From: a virus | Virus record (IMG/VR): IMGVR_UViG_3300021963_000055 | Span: 1-64,000 of that record | Strand: one strand, 5' to 3' | Length of the DNA stretch: 64,000 nucleotides | In this document: positions 16,458-27,593 of the stretch, in pieces | How positions within the stretch are numbered: position 1 is the first letter of the stretch | Layout: the number at the start of each line of letters is the position of its first letter | Position numbers and translations under genes: made by a program | Notes under the pieces: model-generated | Databases searched by the model: none | What the model was told of the DNA's origin: nothing | What the model saw: only the letters and a program-made list of their open reading frames with translations

Positions 16458-19106
16458 TCAATCGAACCTGGAAGACATATTATCTTGAGATCTCTGTGCT
16501 GCAGCACGACGTTGTGCTACTTTTTGTGCAGGAGATGCTGGTGCTCCATACTGACCAGCGGCAGGTGGCTTTTTGCCAGGAACTTTTTTCTGTTGGCCAG
16601 CAGGCTTACCAGACATCTTACGCATAGTTTGTCTAACTGATCTGAGTGCAGGATCCGTATCACCACCTTTTTGAGTTGGTCTTCCTTTTGGCATATTAAG
16701 AGAACCAGAAGATGTTCCAGTTTCCTTTTCATAACGATTAAGTTCGTCAAGATGCTCAACTTCTTCCATGTGACCAGTTGGAAGTTTACCTTGCTTTTGC
16801 ATTTGAAGCCTTTGCTGTTGAAGCATTAAATGCTTTCTTTGCATCTGCTGCTGAGCTTTCATTCTTTGCTGACTTTGTGCTGCACTCTTAGCTGCTTCAG
16901 GATCAACTTCTTCTTGTCTATTATAAGCTTTCCAAGCGGCACCAAATGCCTTTCTTTTTTCTACATCAGTTAAACCATTTTTTGCATATTTAGCTTTAAT
17001 GTGCTTAGCCATTCTTTTGAATTGTTCACCTGGAGGAGAAACTTCATCAATCTGTTCAACTTCTTCTCTTCTCATATCAACCTGAGGATTGATGATCACA
17101 CCATCCTTTCTCTTTCCCTTCACATCTGGAGTATTGTCAGTTCTATTGGTCTGAGTTAAACTAACAAACTTTCCAGTTGCATCATCATCACTAGACTTTT
17201 TTTCGGTTAACTGCCTCCAGTCTGCGAATGTAAATCTTTCAATATCAAAAGTGTTTTGCAGTTTCTCTTCAATTAGTTCACGAGCAGAAGGACCAGATTC
17301 TTCTACCATTAGTTGAGCTTGTTCCATGAAGTAATCAAAGTGTTCTTGATCAAGAGTCTCAAAGATCTCTTGAACTTCATCGTAATTAAATGCAATTTCA
17401 GACTCAAGGAAATAACGAGTTAGAAGTTCTTTTTCTTCCTTCTTCATTTTTTTAACAAAAGTACCCACTGCTCTACCTGCAGTTGCAGCAGCGGATGCTC
17501 CAGATCTTCTGGCTGCTACTGCTTGTCCTGCAGCCGCTCCAGCAGCTCCCGCAGCCTTGACTGCAGTTCTACCTGCTGCTTTAGCTGCTCTACCAGCCGC
17601 AACAGTTGCCTTTCTTCTTGCTCTAGTTGCTTGTGGAGATGTTTCTGCTTGTCTTCCCCTCTCCCTAACCGCATCATAAGTTGCTTTAACTTCTGCAGCA
17701 CGTCTTGCTCCTACTTGTCTTGCTGTGTTTACTGATTGTCTAACAGATGCGATATCCTTTTCTGCTCTTGCTTTAAGTGCTCCGAGAATACCACCTTTTG
17801 CCTTTTCTTTTGTTTGTGTTGGAGTTGATTTGGTTGCTGGTTGTGCTTTCTTTGCACTTGCAATTTTTGACTGACTTTGTAGTGCAGCCTTCATCCCAGA
17901 AGATTTAGATGCTTCTTTTTCTTTTTCAGCTTTTCTTGATTTATGCTCTGCAGTTCCACGAATTGCAGAAGACTTAGCACCACCCTTTAATGAACCAATT
18001 GACTTGCCACTCTTAGAAGTACCAGATCCACGAACCTTAGTGCCACCAGCACCTCTTCTCCATTCTAGGAGAACTTCTTCTGATGAAATTTCATCTACAA
18101 AATCACAGAAATCATCGAGACCCATTTCTTCAATTAGAATATCAATACCGTATTCATTGAGACCTTCAGAAATTAGATAGTCTGCTACAAACTCAACATC
18201 TTCTATCTTCACACAATTATCTACAACTCTGCCACCCTTCATTTTAGTGCCAGCTTTTTTATAACCTTTCCAGCAAGCTTTTCCATCAACACCTTGCTCT
18301 TTACCCTCTTTGTTTTTTGCTTCAATTGCAAATTCCTCAGGAAGTCCTTTTGAACCACCTACTTTATTATATTCAGCTCTACGCTTAGCACCGCTCTTAT
18401 TATATTGATGATATTCTCTTTCTGAGCTACTAAGTTTTGGAGTATTCTTTGGCTTTGCACCAGGAGCAGTTGGAGCATCTGGTGTTGCTCCTCTTGCACG
18501 ACCTAAAGTATAATATCTTGGTCCTGTTTTGTCATCCCCAGAAATTCTCTTGCCTGCATCAGATCTACCTGCTTGATATTCAGTATCGGATTGTCCGTGT
18601 CTTCCTTTCCAAAGCTCAGCAACATAATCTACGGCTTCTTTTCTAGTCTTCTTAACATCATCACCTGGCTCGTATGGCTTATCATCACCATCAGAATTCC
18701 ACCAAGGATTCTTACCATTAAACTTACGACCCTTCAACTTAGGTCTTTTCTTTTCGTCAATAACTTCAACTTCTTCTTTACGAACTCCACCTTTCGCATT
18801 TAGTTTTGCCTGAATGCGTTGTTTCATTTCTGGCATTGAAGCAACGTTATATAATGCAAGAGTAGGGGCACTGAAAGTAGTGCCATTAGTGTAAACAGCA
18901 ACACCCATGTAATCTCTTACTTTCTTGTCTTCAAGAAGAGTTAGAGCATAATCCAGGGTAGTATCAATTAAATTTTCTCTTAGATACTCTTCTTGAGAAT
19001 CCACATCACCTGGAAAGTACGCTTGTGCGGACTCAACCATTTTTGTAGCCTTATACATCATGTCAGGAGAAAGTGACATGAATTGTGAGACAATAGATAA
19101 ATCCAT
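16458..19106 (-). CDS. Large modular putative capsid-internal polyprotein
   Basis: Alternating acidic helical and basic low-complexity modules; CWKGYK...NCVK motif; many (L/I/V)xE junctions. Confidence 0.65.
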   Translation of the reverse strand: MDLSIVSQFMSLSPDMMYKATKMVESAQAYFPGDVDSQEEYLRENLIDTTLDYALTLLEDKKVRDYMGVAVYTNGTTFSAPTLALYNVASMPEMKQRIQAKLNAKGGVRKEEVEVIDEKKRPKLKGRKFNGKNPWWNSDGDDKPYEPGDDVKKTRKEAVDYVAELWKGRHGQSDTEYQAGRSDAGKRISGDDKTGPRYYTLGRARGATPDAPTAPGAKPKNTPKLSSSEREYHQYNKSGAKRRAEYNKVGGSKGLPEEFAIEAKNKEGKEQGVDGKACWKGYKKAGTKMKGGRVVDNCVKIEDVEFVADYLISEGLNEYGIDILIEEMGLDDFCDFVDEISSEEVLLEWRRGAGGTKVRGSGTSKSGKSIGSLKGGAKSSAIRGTAEHKSRKAEKEKEASKSSGMKAALQSQSKIASAKKAQPATKSTPTQTKEKAKGGILGALKARAEKDIASVRQSVNTARQVGARRAAEVKATYDAVRERGRQAETSPQATRARRKATVAAGRAAKAAGRTAVKAAGAAGAAAGQAVAARRSGASAAATAGRAVGTFVKKMKKEEKELLTRYFLESEIAFNYDEVQEIFETLDQEHFDYFMEQAQLMVEESGPSARELIEEKLQNTFDIERFTFADWRQLTEKKSSDDDATGKFVSLTQTNRTDNTPDVKGKRKDGVIINPQVDMRREEVEQIDEVSPPGEQFKRMAKHIKAKYAKNGLTDVEKRKAFGAAWKAYNRQEEVDPEAAKSAAQSQQRMKAQQQMQRKHLMLQQQRLQMQKQGKLPTGHMEEVEHLDELNRYEKETGTSSGSLNMPKGRPTQKGGDTDPALRSVRQTMRKMSGKPAGQQKKVPGKKPPAAGQYGAPASPAQKVAQRRAAAQRSQDNMSSRFD

Positions 19107-19137
19107 ATTCTGTACGTTATTGAAGTTCTATTTATTA

Positions 19138-20322
19138 TTATTTATCTTTTCGTTTGCCTTTAGTAAATGACTTAACTGGTTCAGTTGGATGCATTCTCTG
19201 CAGATATTCTCGGTAATCATCAGTACCAATCTCAAGTGGACCTGGATGATAACTTAGATCTTTGATCCATGTACGATGAATTTTCTTTTGCTCATCTACA
19301 AAAATTACATAGTTAGATCCACGAGTGACAATCTTTCCAGAAATACCTGTGACAACATCTTGAACTTTTTCGCCAAGATTAAAAATACTTCCTTGGTAAT
19401 ACTCTTCACGAAGATTATCAATATCTAAATTTGGTGCAATTTTCCAAAGATCTTCTTTCAAATTCATAGAATTACGTACTTGTCTATAGATTGCACGACA
19501 TTCTTTTTTGCTTACATTGCCAGGAAGACCTTGTTTAAATGTTTCATAATCATTCTCAAGTGCGGCTTTACGCATCATTGCACTAGTAATTCCTTCTGTC
19601 TTATCATTATCAGGATCTTGCATGTTCGTACTGACAACTTCTACGCCATAAAAGTCATACACACTTCCATTATATTTCTGTGCAATTTTTTCATACTTCT
19701 GAACGTTCTCTTCCCCACATACAATAACAACATGATGATATCCTTCATCATGGAGTGAAGTCAAAATGTCGTAAATATTATCTCCGTTCTCTGGGTCATT
19801 GATAATGTTCTCTGCATGATCTGGGAATACATGCTGAAGAATATTATACTTGGTTTTGAAGTCTAATGGATTTTGCTTTTTATCAGATGTTCTACTTGGA
19901 TAAATTCTATACTCTGCTTCTAGTTCTTCTGCTTGTTCCTGAACAGCATTGAGTAGATTTTCATGTCCGAGTGAAGGAGGATTAAATCTCCCAAAAGTAA
20001 TAACAACCGCAGGACCTTCTCCATGCTGAAGTTCCTGAGGTTGCTCTGCGTCTGCAGGTTGTTGAGTTTGTTGGGGCTGTGAAGGAAGATTCTGCACATC
20101 CGCCATTGAAGATGGTCCCAACAATGGTTGCCCAGTCTTCAGTTTTTTCTTTTCGTCTTTGGTGATAGATACTAATTTCTGACCACCCTTCTCACTCTTA
20201 GCGACTATCTCTCCCTTAGCGTTAGAATAGTATCCTTTCCCCATGTGGGTAAGACCTTTCTTTTCCGCTTCCTTCCCCGCAGGAGTTCGTGCTTCTGTTA
20301 TAAATTGTCTAAAAGTTTTCAT
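19138..20322 (-). CDS. Cytidylyltransferase-like (HxGH-type) nucleotidyltransferase with N-terminal capsid-targeting-like sequence
   Basis: FGRFNPPSLGH, KQNPL, ITSAMMRKAA; starts MKTFRQFITEA. Confidence 0.85.
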   Translation of the reverse strand: MKTFRQFITEARTPAGKEAEKKGLTHMGKGYYSNAKGEIVAKSEKGGQKLVSITKDEKKKLKTGQPLLGPSSMADVQNLPSQPQQTQQPADAEQPQELQHGEGPAVVITFGRFNPPSLGHENLLNAVQEQAEELEAEYRIYPSRTSDKKQNPLDFKTKYNILQHVFPDHAENIINDPENGDNIYDILTSLHDEGYHHVVIVCGEENVQKYEKIAQKYNGSVYDFYGVEVVSTNMQDPDNDKTEGITSAMMRKAALENDYETFKQGLPGNVSKKECRAIYRQVRNSMNLKEDLWKIAPNLDIDNLREEYYQGSIFNLGEKVQDVVTGISGKIVTRGSNYVIFVDEQKKIHRTWIKDLSYHPGPLEIGTDDYREYLQRMHPTEPVKSFTKGKRKDK

Positions 20323-20354
20323 CAAAAACAAAAGTTCTACATCTATTATTTAGG

Positions 20355-20768
20355 TCAAATCTTAACTGAGACAATGGATTTTGCAGTGCTCAAGTATTCA
20401 GAAAGTTTATAAAGTTCTTCAAAATTTTTCTTATACAACTTAAAAAAATCAAATGCATATTTAGCATTCTTATTTTTAGATGTTAGTTTTGTATAATACT
20501 CTTCAAACGTATCTAGTTTGTTTCCTGTCGTAATAAATGATTTGAAGATTATGAAGAGGTAGAAGTTTTGGTTTTTAAAAATAAAGTTTAGGAACGCAGA
20601 ATTTTTTTTAATTGATAACTCTGCATTCCTAAGAGCAATATTAAACATTTTATATTGCGACACTGTGAAATTAAATGACTGTCCGATTGATCTAATTTTA
20701 CTAACATCAGACAAAATCATTGTGGAGTTTTTTCCAAATAGATCAATCAAACAATCATTTGAATTCAT
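20355..20768 (-). CDS. Hypothetical protein
   Basis: 137-aa AT-rich ORF coupled to the mazG stop. Confidence 0.6.
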   Translation of the reverse strand: MNSNDCLIDLFGKNSTMILSDVSKIRSIGQSFNFTVSQYKMFNIALRNAELSIKKNSAFLNFIFKNQNFYLFIIFKSFITTGNKLDTFEEYYTKLTSKNKNAKYAFDFFKLYKKNFEELYKLSEYLSTAKSIVSVKI

Positions 20769-21208
20769 CAGATATCTCCCTCTTGGCGATTTTCGGATCG
20801 GAATACACGGAAAGCTCCTTCGGGATACCGTGCAGTTAGTTTATCAACGTTGGTTTCTAGAACTTCTTCTAGATTTGTTCCTAGTGCAATACAACCTTGA
20901 GCGATATACCACATCACATCTCCCATTTCTTTGATCATGTGAGTACGTGATTGATCGTTGTATGGTTTTCCTTGGAATGCAATCTTCTTGACAATTTCAG
21001 CGAACTCACCACCTTCAGCAGTTAGACCGATTGCAGCAGTCAGAAGTCGGTTCAAGTCAACACCAGTCCCATTTACGTTGTCATCAGGCAACTTACGTTC
21101 AAGTTCGTTGACCTTGTTAACAAATTCTTCTGGATTGCTTGAATAAATGCTGGTGGTGTCACCAACAAAGTTTTGATATGCATCGAGACTAATTAGCTTT
21201 TTTGTCAT
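20768..21208 (-). CDS. mazG: MazG-like NTP pyrophosphohydrolase
   Basis: GLTAEGGEFAEIVKK, KEMGDVMWY, KL..RYP. Confidence 0.93.
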   Translation of the reverse strand: MTKKLISLDAYQNFVGDTTSIYSSNPEEFVNKVNELERKLPDDNVNGTGVDLNRLLTAAIGLTAEGGEFAEIVKKIAFQGKPYNDQSRTHMIKEMGDVMWYIAQGCIALGTNLEEVLETNVDKLTARYPEGAFRVFRSENRQEGDI

Positions 21209-22590
21209 ACTTTAAATCCGTCAAATGTTCTAGTTTGATGTTTGGTGATTTTTTCTTGGAAGTTGTACTCTTCGTCTTGACCAGAATCAACAATGTTTCG
21301 TTGAGCACTGTCCTCCACATTATACAGCTTCATCTTGGATCTGTCAATACCCACCACGAACCTCTTGTATGCTGTAGGATCGTTGTAACGATTCTTTAAC
21401 TGCTTGATCATAATCTGATTCAAGCTTTCCAACTCTTCAGTGCTAATAAGGGCAAACATAAAGTCAGCAGTAGCAGGAAGACCAAATGATTCAGAGGTAT
21501 CGGTAAGCTCAACATCAGAGTTACCATAACCTGAACGAGTAGTTTGTGTAGCAGAGACAATAGGAACATTGCACTCCACAGCAAGTCCACGTAACTCTTC
21601 AGCAATCGCTTTGACATAAGTGTAAGAGTTAACGAGAGTTCCCTTGTATCGAGAAGATGCACAGATATTTAGATAATCAATAAAGATAATATCTGGTCTA
21701 AATCCTTTCTTTAGTGCAAGATCATTCAATAAAGATTTAAAATGTCCAACGTGAGCTGATGCAGTTGGATATTCTTTGATGATTAGCTTTCCTCTAGTCT
21801 TTTCCTGTAACTTATTTAATTTTGATTCGTAACTAGATTTAGGTAGACTTACAATATCTTGAATATTTACATTCAAGAGGTTGGCATCAATTCTTTCAGC
21901 AATGCGTTCTTCTGCCATTTCCAGCGTAATGTACAGAACGTTCCTCCCTTGGAGCAAGACGGAGCTAGCAACGTGGCACATGAATAAAGACTTCCCGACA
22001 CCCGTACCAGCAAGAGCGATATTAAGAGTTTTGTTAGGGAGACCACCTTTCGTGATTTTGTTAAGTAGTTCAATATCAAAGGGAATTTTGTCTTCTTTTT
22101 TGTGGTAGAAATCATATCGAGAATCTGAATCTGAAATATAGTCATGACCAATATGGTCATCAAATGAAACTGATAGTGCATCGGAAAGGATAGAAGGTAT
22201 TGAATCCTTACTTCTAGTTTTATCCTTTCCATCTGCGATTTTAACTGATTCTAGTAGAGCCAAATAAATGGCTCTATCTTTACACCATTTTTCAGTAGTG
22301 TCTAGCAACCATTGCTGATCGACTTTTTCCTCTTTTAAATCAGCAATAGTCGCCATAGCACTCTGAAACATATCATCAGAGATGTCCTTTCTATTTTCAA
22401 TTTCAATATTTAAAACTGACTTAGTAGGAATATCGTCATACTTAGTTACGAAATTATAGATCTCCTGAAAGATAATTTTTTCGTAAATAACATCGAAGTA
22501 TGTTTCTTTGATAAAGGGAATTACTTTTCTTGTATAGGTTTCATCATATAAAAGATTTGAAAGAATCTTTGTTTCAAGTCTATCCATCAA
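21205..22590 (-). CDS. gp41: Replicative DNA helicase
   Basis: [30 protein letters not shown]. Confidence 0.97.
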   Translation of the reverse strand: MMDRLETKILSNLLYDETYTRKVIPFIKETYFDVIYEKIIFQEIYNFVTKYDDIPTKSVLNIEIENRKDISDDMFQSAMATIADLKEEKVDQQWLLDTTEKWCKDRAIYLALLESVKIADGKDKTRSKDSIPSILSDALSVSFDDHIGHDYISDSDSRYDFYHKKEDKIPFDIELLNKITKGGLPNKTLNIALAGTGVGKSLFMCHVASSVLLQGRNVLYITLEMAEERIAERIDANLLNVNIQDIVSLPKSSYESKLNKLQEKTRGKLIIKEYPTASAHVGHFKSLLNDLALKKGFRPDIIFIDYLNICASSRYKGTLVNSYTYVKAIAEELRGLAVECNVPIVSATQTTRSGYGNSDVELTDTSESFGLPATADFMFALISTEELESLNQIMIKQLKNRYNDPTAYKRFVVGIDRSKMKLYNVEDSAQRNIVDSGQDEEYNFQEKITKHQTRTFDGFKV

Positions 22591-23627
22591 GCCTCGTCTC
22601 CATCAAGGGTGTCGATCACCCCATAACTATACTCCTTTTTGGCGCATTCGTCAAGTGCTTCCATCACTTCGGGGGTGAAAAATTTTTCAGGCTCTGAAAG
22701 AATAGCCTTAGCATAAAATTTCCCACCATTAATTTCATAACGACCCCCAGATTTAATGAAGACTCCGTGCTTCTCACCCAATTCCAATAGTCCATAGTAC
22801 TTGTCAAGTCCACGTTCATCATAGAATAGCCTCGTTTCAATTAGTGAATTTTCTTTTGTAAACCTAGACTTAAATGCTTTACACTTAATGATGTTACCAA
22901 CTACTTCAGTGCCATCTTTTTCCTTTGATTTGGAAAGATATACAATAGTTGAAGCTGCATATTTTAAACCAGATCCACCACCCATTTCTTTGGTTGGCAT
23001 GTAAGATCCAATAACATCATAGGTATGGTTGGTCACGATCATTGGAATTCCTGCTGTGCCAAGCTTCAAGGACAGGATACGGAACACCGATTTGATGACC
23101 TGTGAACGAGTCATGTCACGGGTTTCCTTGCCTGCAGAAGCATCCTCGATTTCCTTGGTGGTCGCAAGCATTCCCAGAGAATCCAGGACAAACATTAGAG
23201 GTGGGCGCTCATTTTTATTGAGCTTCATGTATTCATCAACAACTTTAATTGACTGAGTGCGAAACTCTTGTACAGTTGATACTGGAACCAGACCAACTCG
23301 TTTTGCATCAATGCCACGAGTAGTCATCATATCTTTCGTGATGGCAGACTCAGTTTCAAAGTAAATTACTTCTCCTGTAGGATTTTGTTGAAGGAAGTAT
23401 TTAACGATTGAGAGAGCAAAGAAAGTTTTTCCAGTAGATGACTCACCAGCGAGAGCTGTAATCTTGTTGTTAGGTAGCCCCCCAAAAATACTGCCACTAA
23501 GGAGAGCGTTAAAGATATAACTCCCAGTGTCAACAAAGCCCCCACAATCTCCTGCGGCGACTCCATCTTCAACGATTCCTGCATACTCATTGTCCAGCTC
23601 TTTAATAATACTATTTAAGAAACTCAT
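22587..23627 (-). CDS. uvsX: RecA-like recombinase
   Basis: [18 protein letters not shown]. Confidence 0.96.
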   Translation of the reverse strand: MSFLNSIIKELDNEYAGIVEDGVAAGDCGGFVDTGSYIFNALLSGSIFGGLPNNKITALAGESSTGKTFFALSIVKYFLQQNPTGEVIYFETESAITKDMMTTRGIDAKRVGLVPVSTVQEFRTQSIKVVDEYMKLNKNERPPLMFVLDSLGMLATTKEIEDASAGKETRDMTRSQVIKSVFRILSLKLGTAGIPMIVTNHTYDVIGSYMPTKEMGGGSGLKYAASTIVYLSKSKEKDGTEVVGNIIKCKAFKSRFTKENSLIETRLFYDERGLDKYYGLLELGEKHGVFIKSGGRYEINGGKFYAKAILSEPEKFFTPEVMEALDECAKKEYSYGVIDTLDGDEA

Positions 23628-23646
23628 AGTAACCTCGGTAATAATT

Positions 23647-26139
23647 TTAAAAGAATGCTTCTAGTGTACCACGTTTTTCGGATACCCATCCGATTGCATT
23701 TAGAACAGAGTTTAGTGGTTCAAGGAAGCTCTTGGAGAATTGCATATCGTAATCAATATACTTTTCTACATTGAACTCTGTCGGAAGTGTTTGGAAATAT
23801 GAAATAACATTTTCCTGAATTGGATTAGGAACTTTCAAGTATACAAACTTGATCTTTTCTCCCTCTTGGATATATGGATACTTATTTGAAATATTTAATT
23901 GTTTGATGAGATGATTGTAAAGGATTGCACCTCTAACCTGAATTGGAGTTTTGGGTGCAAACAAGGTTGAACTTCCTTTATACTTATCTAAGTTGTTTAG
24001 ACTCCTTGGGAATGAGATATTAACAATGTCTTGCTTTCTAGTTTCAAGTTTTACATTGTTAATAAAATTAATTAGAGTGTCATTATCTTTGGCAATAATA
24101 ATCTCAAAAGCTTTCATGAGTTTATCACGAAAATAAGATGGAGTAGATGATCTGGCAGTCTCAAGACCCATGATCTTCATCTTTGCCTTCTCATATCTTA
24201 CACCCTCGGAATCCCATACGTTGAGAATATAACGTTTCTTTGCAGTCCAAATTCCTTTATCTGCAATGTTCTCACGTTTCATCTTCATCTTCTGAGCGTA
24301 AGCATTCACATACTCCGCCAGTTCTTGGTAGCAACTTTCAATATAAGTTTCAAGTTCCACCTTACAGATCTTATCAAGGAAGTTAACAATTTTTTCAGTA
24401 GTTGCCTCTCTTCCTTTGAATACAGTTTCAACCAAAGGACCCATATTAAGATAAATGGAGTCAGTATCTGAAGCAATAACATAATCAACATCATGTGTCT
24501 TAAGAACTTTATTCATATACGAATTAATTTTATTCTCGATCCAACGAATAGATAACTGACCCGACATAGTAATTGCTTCTGCATTAGTAATAAGAAAATA
24601 CCTAAAGTATTCATTACCAATAGCACCATAAGCGGAGTTGAGTTGAATCTTACGTGCCATCTGAATGTTGTTGCAGCGGGCAATCTCTTTTTTCAACTCA
24701 ATCGTTGGAGTTTTTTCATATTGCTGTTTAGCAGCAATCATTTTGTTTTTGTATATGGTACGATCTTCATAGATTTTTTCCATCAGCTTTGGGAGAAACC
24801 CCTGCTTATGCGTATCGTACATCGCACCATTTGCACACACTGTTGCACAATCTAGATAACTTGTATCTACTGATTGACTAAGAAGTTTATTTACATCAAT
24901 GGATGGAAACCTTTCATCTAATAATGTTTCAGGAGAAATGTTGTATTGCATAATTAGATGTGGATATAGACTGTTCAAGTCAAAATTTACAACCCAATCA
25001 TGCTTACCAAGAATAGGGTCCTTTACATATGCACCTTCATATGCATAATCTTTCTTCTGAATAACCTTTGGTGGAACTACGATATTCTTTTGCTTTAGAT
25101 AATTGAAGATAATGTTGTCCCAAGTTTTTACCTGAGAGTATACATCCTCAAAATTTTCCTTAGCGTCATATGCCATAGTGATGGCAAGCTCAATTAACTT
25201 CATCTTATCATCAAGACGATCAACAAGTTCTACGTCACGAATGTTGTAGTCAATAAATTTTTGCCAATCATTAGTGTAGAACTCTTTGAAGTTTTCAAAC
25301 TCGGAGTGATCAAGTTTCTTCTCGCCAAGTTCAACGAATGCGATGTGATCAAGTCGATATGATTCTTGGTTGGTATAAGTGAACTTCTTGTATAGATCAA
25401 GATAATCTAACACAGATAGTCCTGCAATCTCATAGATGATGTGAGTGCGACCCATGATAACAACTTCTCGATTGGTCACAACTGTCCAAGGAGAGAATGA
25501 TTTCATGTGCTTTGTAGATAGCACTTTATCTAAACGACGCATAATATATGGAATGTCATACAAATACACGTTCCATCCAGTAACTACATCTGGAGTATCT
25601 TGAACCCACCAATCAAGAAAATTTTGAAGCATTTGTTGCTCAGTCCAGAATACTCGATATTCTACATCTGAACGTGTGTTTTCATACTCTCTAGTTCCCC
25701 AGACAATAATTTCTTTAGTATTGATATCTTTTACTGTGATGCAAAGCATTTCTTCTGAGGCTTCTTGCACATTTGGAAATCCATTTTCGCAAGCAACCTC
25801 AATATCAAGAGAAATAATCTTCATAGAAGAAATATCAAACTTGATTTCCTCTTCTGGAAACTGATTCCCAATGTACTGATACAAAAATCTCTCATATCCA
25901 TACACAGTAAAATTATCTACATTTTCATATTTTGATAAAAACTCCTTGGCTTCTTTAGTTCTATCGAATTTTATTGGAGCTACAAACTGACCATCTAAAG
26001 TAGTATATTTAGATTTTTTATTTGATGGAACAAACAATGTAGGGGAAAACTTGTCTTGGTAGATCTCTTTGACCCCATTATTATATCCCCTATAATGAAT
26101 TACATCTTTAATTAGTTGGATGTTTGTGTAAAACCTCAT
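23647..26139 (-). CDS. gp43: Family B DNA polymerase
   Basis: DIE exonuclease; DLNSLYP, K..LNSAYG, SDTDS. Confidence 0.98.
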   Translation of the reverse strand: MRFYTNIQLIKDVIHYRGYNNGVKEIYQDKFSPTLFVPSNKKSKYTTLDGQFVAPIKFDRTKEAKEFLSKYENVDNFTVYGYERFLYQYIGNQFPEEEIKFDISSMKIISLDIEVACENGFPNVQEASEEMLCITVKDINTKEIIVWGTREYENTRSDVEYRVFWTEQQMLQNFLDWWVQDTPDVVTGWNVYLYDIPYIMRRLDKVLSTKHMKSFSPWTVVTNREVVIMGRTHIIYEIAGLSVLDYLDLYKKFTYTNQESYRLDHIAFVELGEKKLDHSEFENFKEFYTNDWQKFIDYNIRDVELVDRLDDKMKLIELAITMAYDAKENFEDVYSQVKTWDNIIFNYLKQKNIVVPPKVIQKKDYAYEGAYVKDPILGKHDWVVNFDLNSLYPHLIMQYNISPETLLDERFPSIDVNKLLSQSVDTSYLDCATVCANGAMYDTHKQGFLPKLMEKIYEDRTIYKNKMIAAKQQYEKTPTIELKKEIARCNNIQMARKIQLNSAYGAIGNEYFRYFLITNAEAITMSGQLSIRWIENKINSYMNKVLKTHDVDYVIASDTDSIYLNMGPLVETVFKGREATTEKIVNFLDKICKVELETYIESCYQELAEYVNAYAQKMKMKRENIADKGIWTAKKRYILNVWDSEGVRYEKAKMKIMGLETARSSTPSYFRDKLMKAFEIIIAKDNDTLINFINNVKLETRKQDIVNISFPRSLNNLDKYKGSSTLFAPKTPIQVRGAILYNHLIKQLNISNKYPYIQEGEKIKFVYLKVPNPIQENVISYFQTLPTEFNVEKYIDYDMQFSKSFLEPLNSVLNAIGWVSEKRGTLEAFF

Positions 26140-26501
26140 TTAGAAATCAATTGAGTGTATAGAGTTAAAATTTCGGGGCAGGGTTCTACAATAGTCATGA
26201 TTTTATTTGAGTTGAGAAGAATATCTACATCTTCTGTGAACAGCGGATATCTGACCAATTGAGCGTAATCAGTTTGAATAGTTACAATTTCTTTTCCATC
26301 TTTAATATTTTTTTCTTCTATGGTCCGTAAAAATACTGCATTATCTGGAGGAAAATGTTTATCTTCCTCATTATAATCCCAATAAGTTAAATCCAAAACC
26401 CGATATGGATTTTTCATGTATAGAGAGGGTTCTTCGTCTAGCTCTTCATATTCACAAATAATATAGTCATTGTTGATAAGTTGAATCAATTTGATATTCA
26501 T
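26136..26501 (-). CDS. Hypothetical protein
   Basis: IKLIQL.N.D.II...EP..YMKNPY; start uncertain (26501 or 26513). Confidence 0.7.
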   Translation of the reverse strand: MNIKLIQLINNDYIICEYEELDEEPSLYMKNPYRVLDLTYWDYNEEDKHFPPDNAVFLRTIEEKNIKDGKEIVTIQTDYAQLVRYPLFTEDVDILLNSNKIMTIVEPCPEILTLYTQLISK

Positions 26502-26529
26502 GGGTAGCTCCATGGGAACAACTCTATGT

Positions 26530-26558
26530 AGTATAGCATACCCAGGAGCCCATGTCAA
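26530..26558 (-). promoter_or_regulatory. Sigma70-type promoter for the gp43 operon
   Basis: TTGACA-N17-TATACT. Confidence 0.75.
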
Positions 26559-26560
26559 GT

Positions 26561-26598
26561 AAAAAGACCCAATCCCTGATATTTGCCAGGGTGGGTCT
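26561..26598 (-). terminator. Terminator downstream of hsp20
   Basis: AGACCCA..CCCTG/CAGGG..TGGGTCT followed by T run. Confidence 0.7.
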
Positions 26599-26632
26599 GT
26601 GCCGACGATATTTGGGGATTTCCCAATTCTAT

Positions 26633-27136
26633 TTATTTGATTGTGTTCTCGCCTGGAAAGTTTGAATTTCTATCCTCTGTTAAAAATTGAGGATCTGATT
26701 TTACTCCAGGAATGCTCCAGGTTGTTTTCTTTTGGTGTTCTGGAATAATTCTTTCAATATCTATAGTTAGTAGTCCATGCTCAAAATTCACAGAGGATAC
26801 TCTATGTTCATCTGAGAGTTGAATTTTACGGGTGAAGGAACGTTTTGATAAACCTTTGTGTACATACTGTCTTGTAGTATCTCGTTCCTCAACTTTGCTG
26901 GCAATTGTGAGAACGTTTTGTTCTGTAAAGACTTCAATCTCTTCTGGGTTAAATCCTGCAAGAGCGACTTCAACTGTGTAGTTACTGTTGTCATGTTTGA
27001 CGATGTTGTAGGGAGGATAGTTAACATTAACCGTGTGCTGCATAGCATCTAATCGGTTAAACATTTCATCCAGACCTACAGCGAGTGGAGCGTAATCGTT
27101 CCAAAATGAGTCTAGTGATTGGGTAGTGAATTTCAT
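26633..27136 (-). CDS. hsp20: Small heat-shock protein
   Basis: NYPPYNI, EVALAGF, HKGLSKRSF, GLLTI. Confidence 0.95.
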   Translation of the reverse strand: MKFTTQSLDSFWNDYAPLAVGLDEMFNRLDAMQHTVNVNYPPYNIVKHDNSNYTVEVALAGFNPEEIEVFTEQNVLTIASKVEERDTTRQYVHKGLSKRSFTRKIQLSDEHRVSSVNFEHGLLTIDIERIIPEHQKKTTWSIPGVKSDPQFLTEDRNSNFPGENTIK

Positions 27137-27195
27137 TTTAATTCTCCTTATTAAGCGAGAGTTGGTTTTAGAGACCCCGAAGGCATCTCTTCACA
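27137..27195 (-). promoter_or_regulatory. ROSE-like RNA thermometer in the hsp20 5' UTR
   Basis: UUCG hairpin followed by CUCGCU pairing with SD AGGAG. Confidence 0.6.
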
Positions 27196-27272
27196 ATTAT
27201 ATATATGAGAGTTTGAAAATTGCAAGTGCGGATGACCGAAAATAAATAGATTATAATCGGAACAAATTAATT

Positions 27273-27593
27273 ATGTTATCTACTCAATATCGTCTTCGCC
27301 TTGAATTTATCTGCAGTCGAATTGCAAATCATGAGGAAGTAAAATTAGAAGACATGATTTGGGCAGAGAAATTGGCAAAGGTAAATAGAACTGCAGGTAC
27401 AATGCTTCGCCAAGCAAGAAGAAAAGCAGAAAATCCCAACATGCAGGAGGGAGATATGGATGATTTTTTAAACCAACTTGACATCGGTGGACTTGGAAAT
27501 CAAAGAAAAGGAATCAGTAGATTTGATACTGTAGATGATATCGTAGATTTCTTCACAGATGACAAACCAGAAGACTGGAGGCAACATGATTAA
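27273..27593 (+). CDS. Conserved cyanophage hypothetical protein
   Basis: MLSTQYRLRLE.IC..I...EEV.L.DMIWA.KL. Confidence 0.8.
   Translation: MLSTQYRLRLEFICSRIANHEEVKLEDMIWAEKLAKVNRTAGTMLRQARRKAENPNMQEGDMDDFLNQLDIGGLGNQRKGISRFDTVDDIVDFFTDDKPEDWRQHD

Noticed and set aside
19138-20322. Cytidylyltransferase as the CCA-adding enzyme for the CCA-less tRNAs
   Set aside because: It is an HxGH Rossmann-type enzyme, not a Pol-beta-type tRNA nucleotidyltransferase
9807-26139. Introns, inteins or homing endonucleases in nrdA, nrdB, gp41 or gp43
   Set aside because: All are continuous and of normal length with no intein or endonuclease motifs
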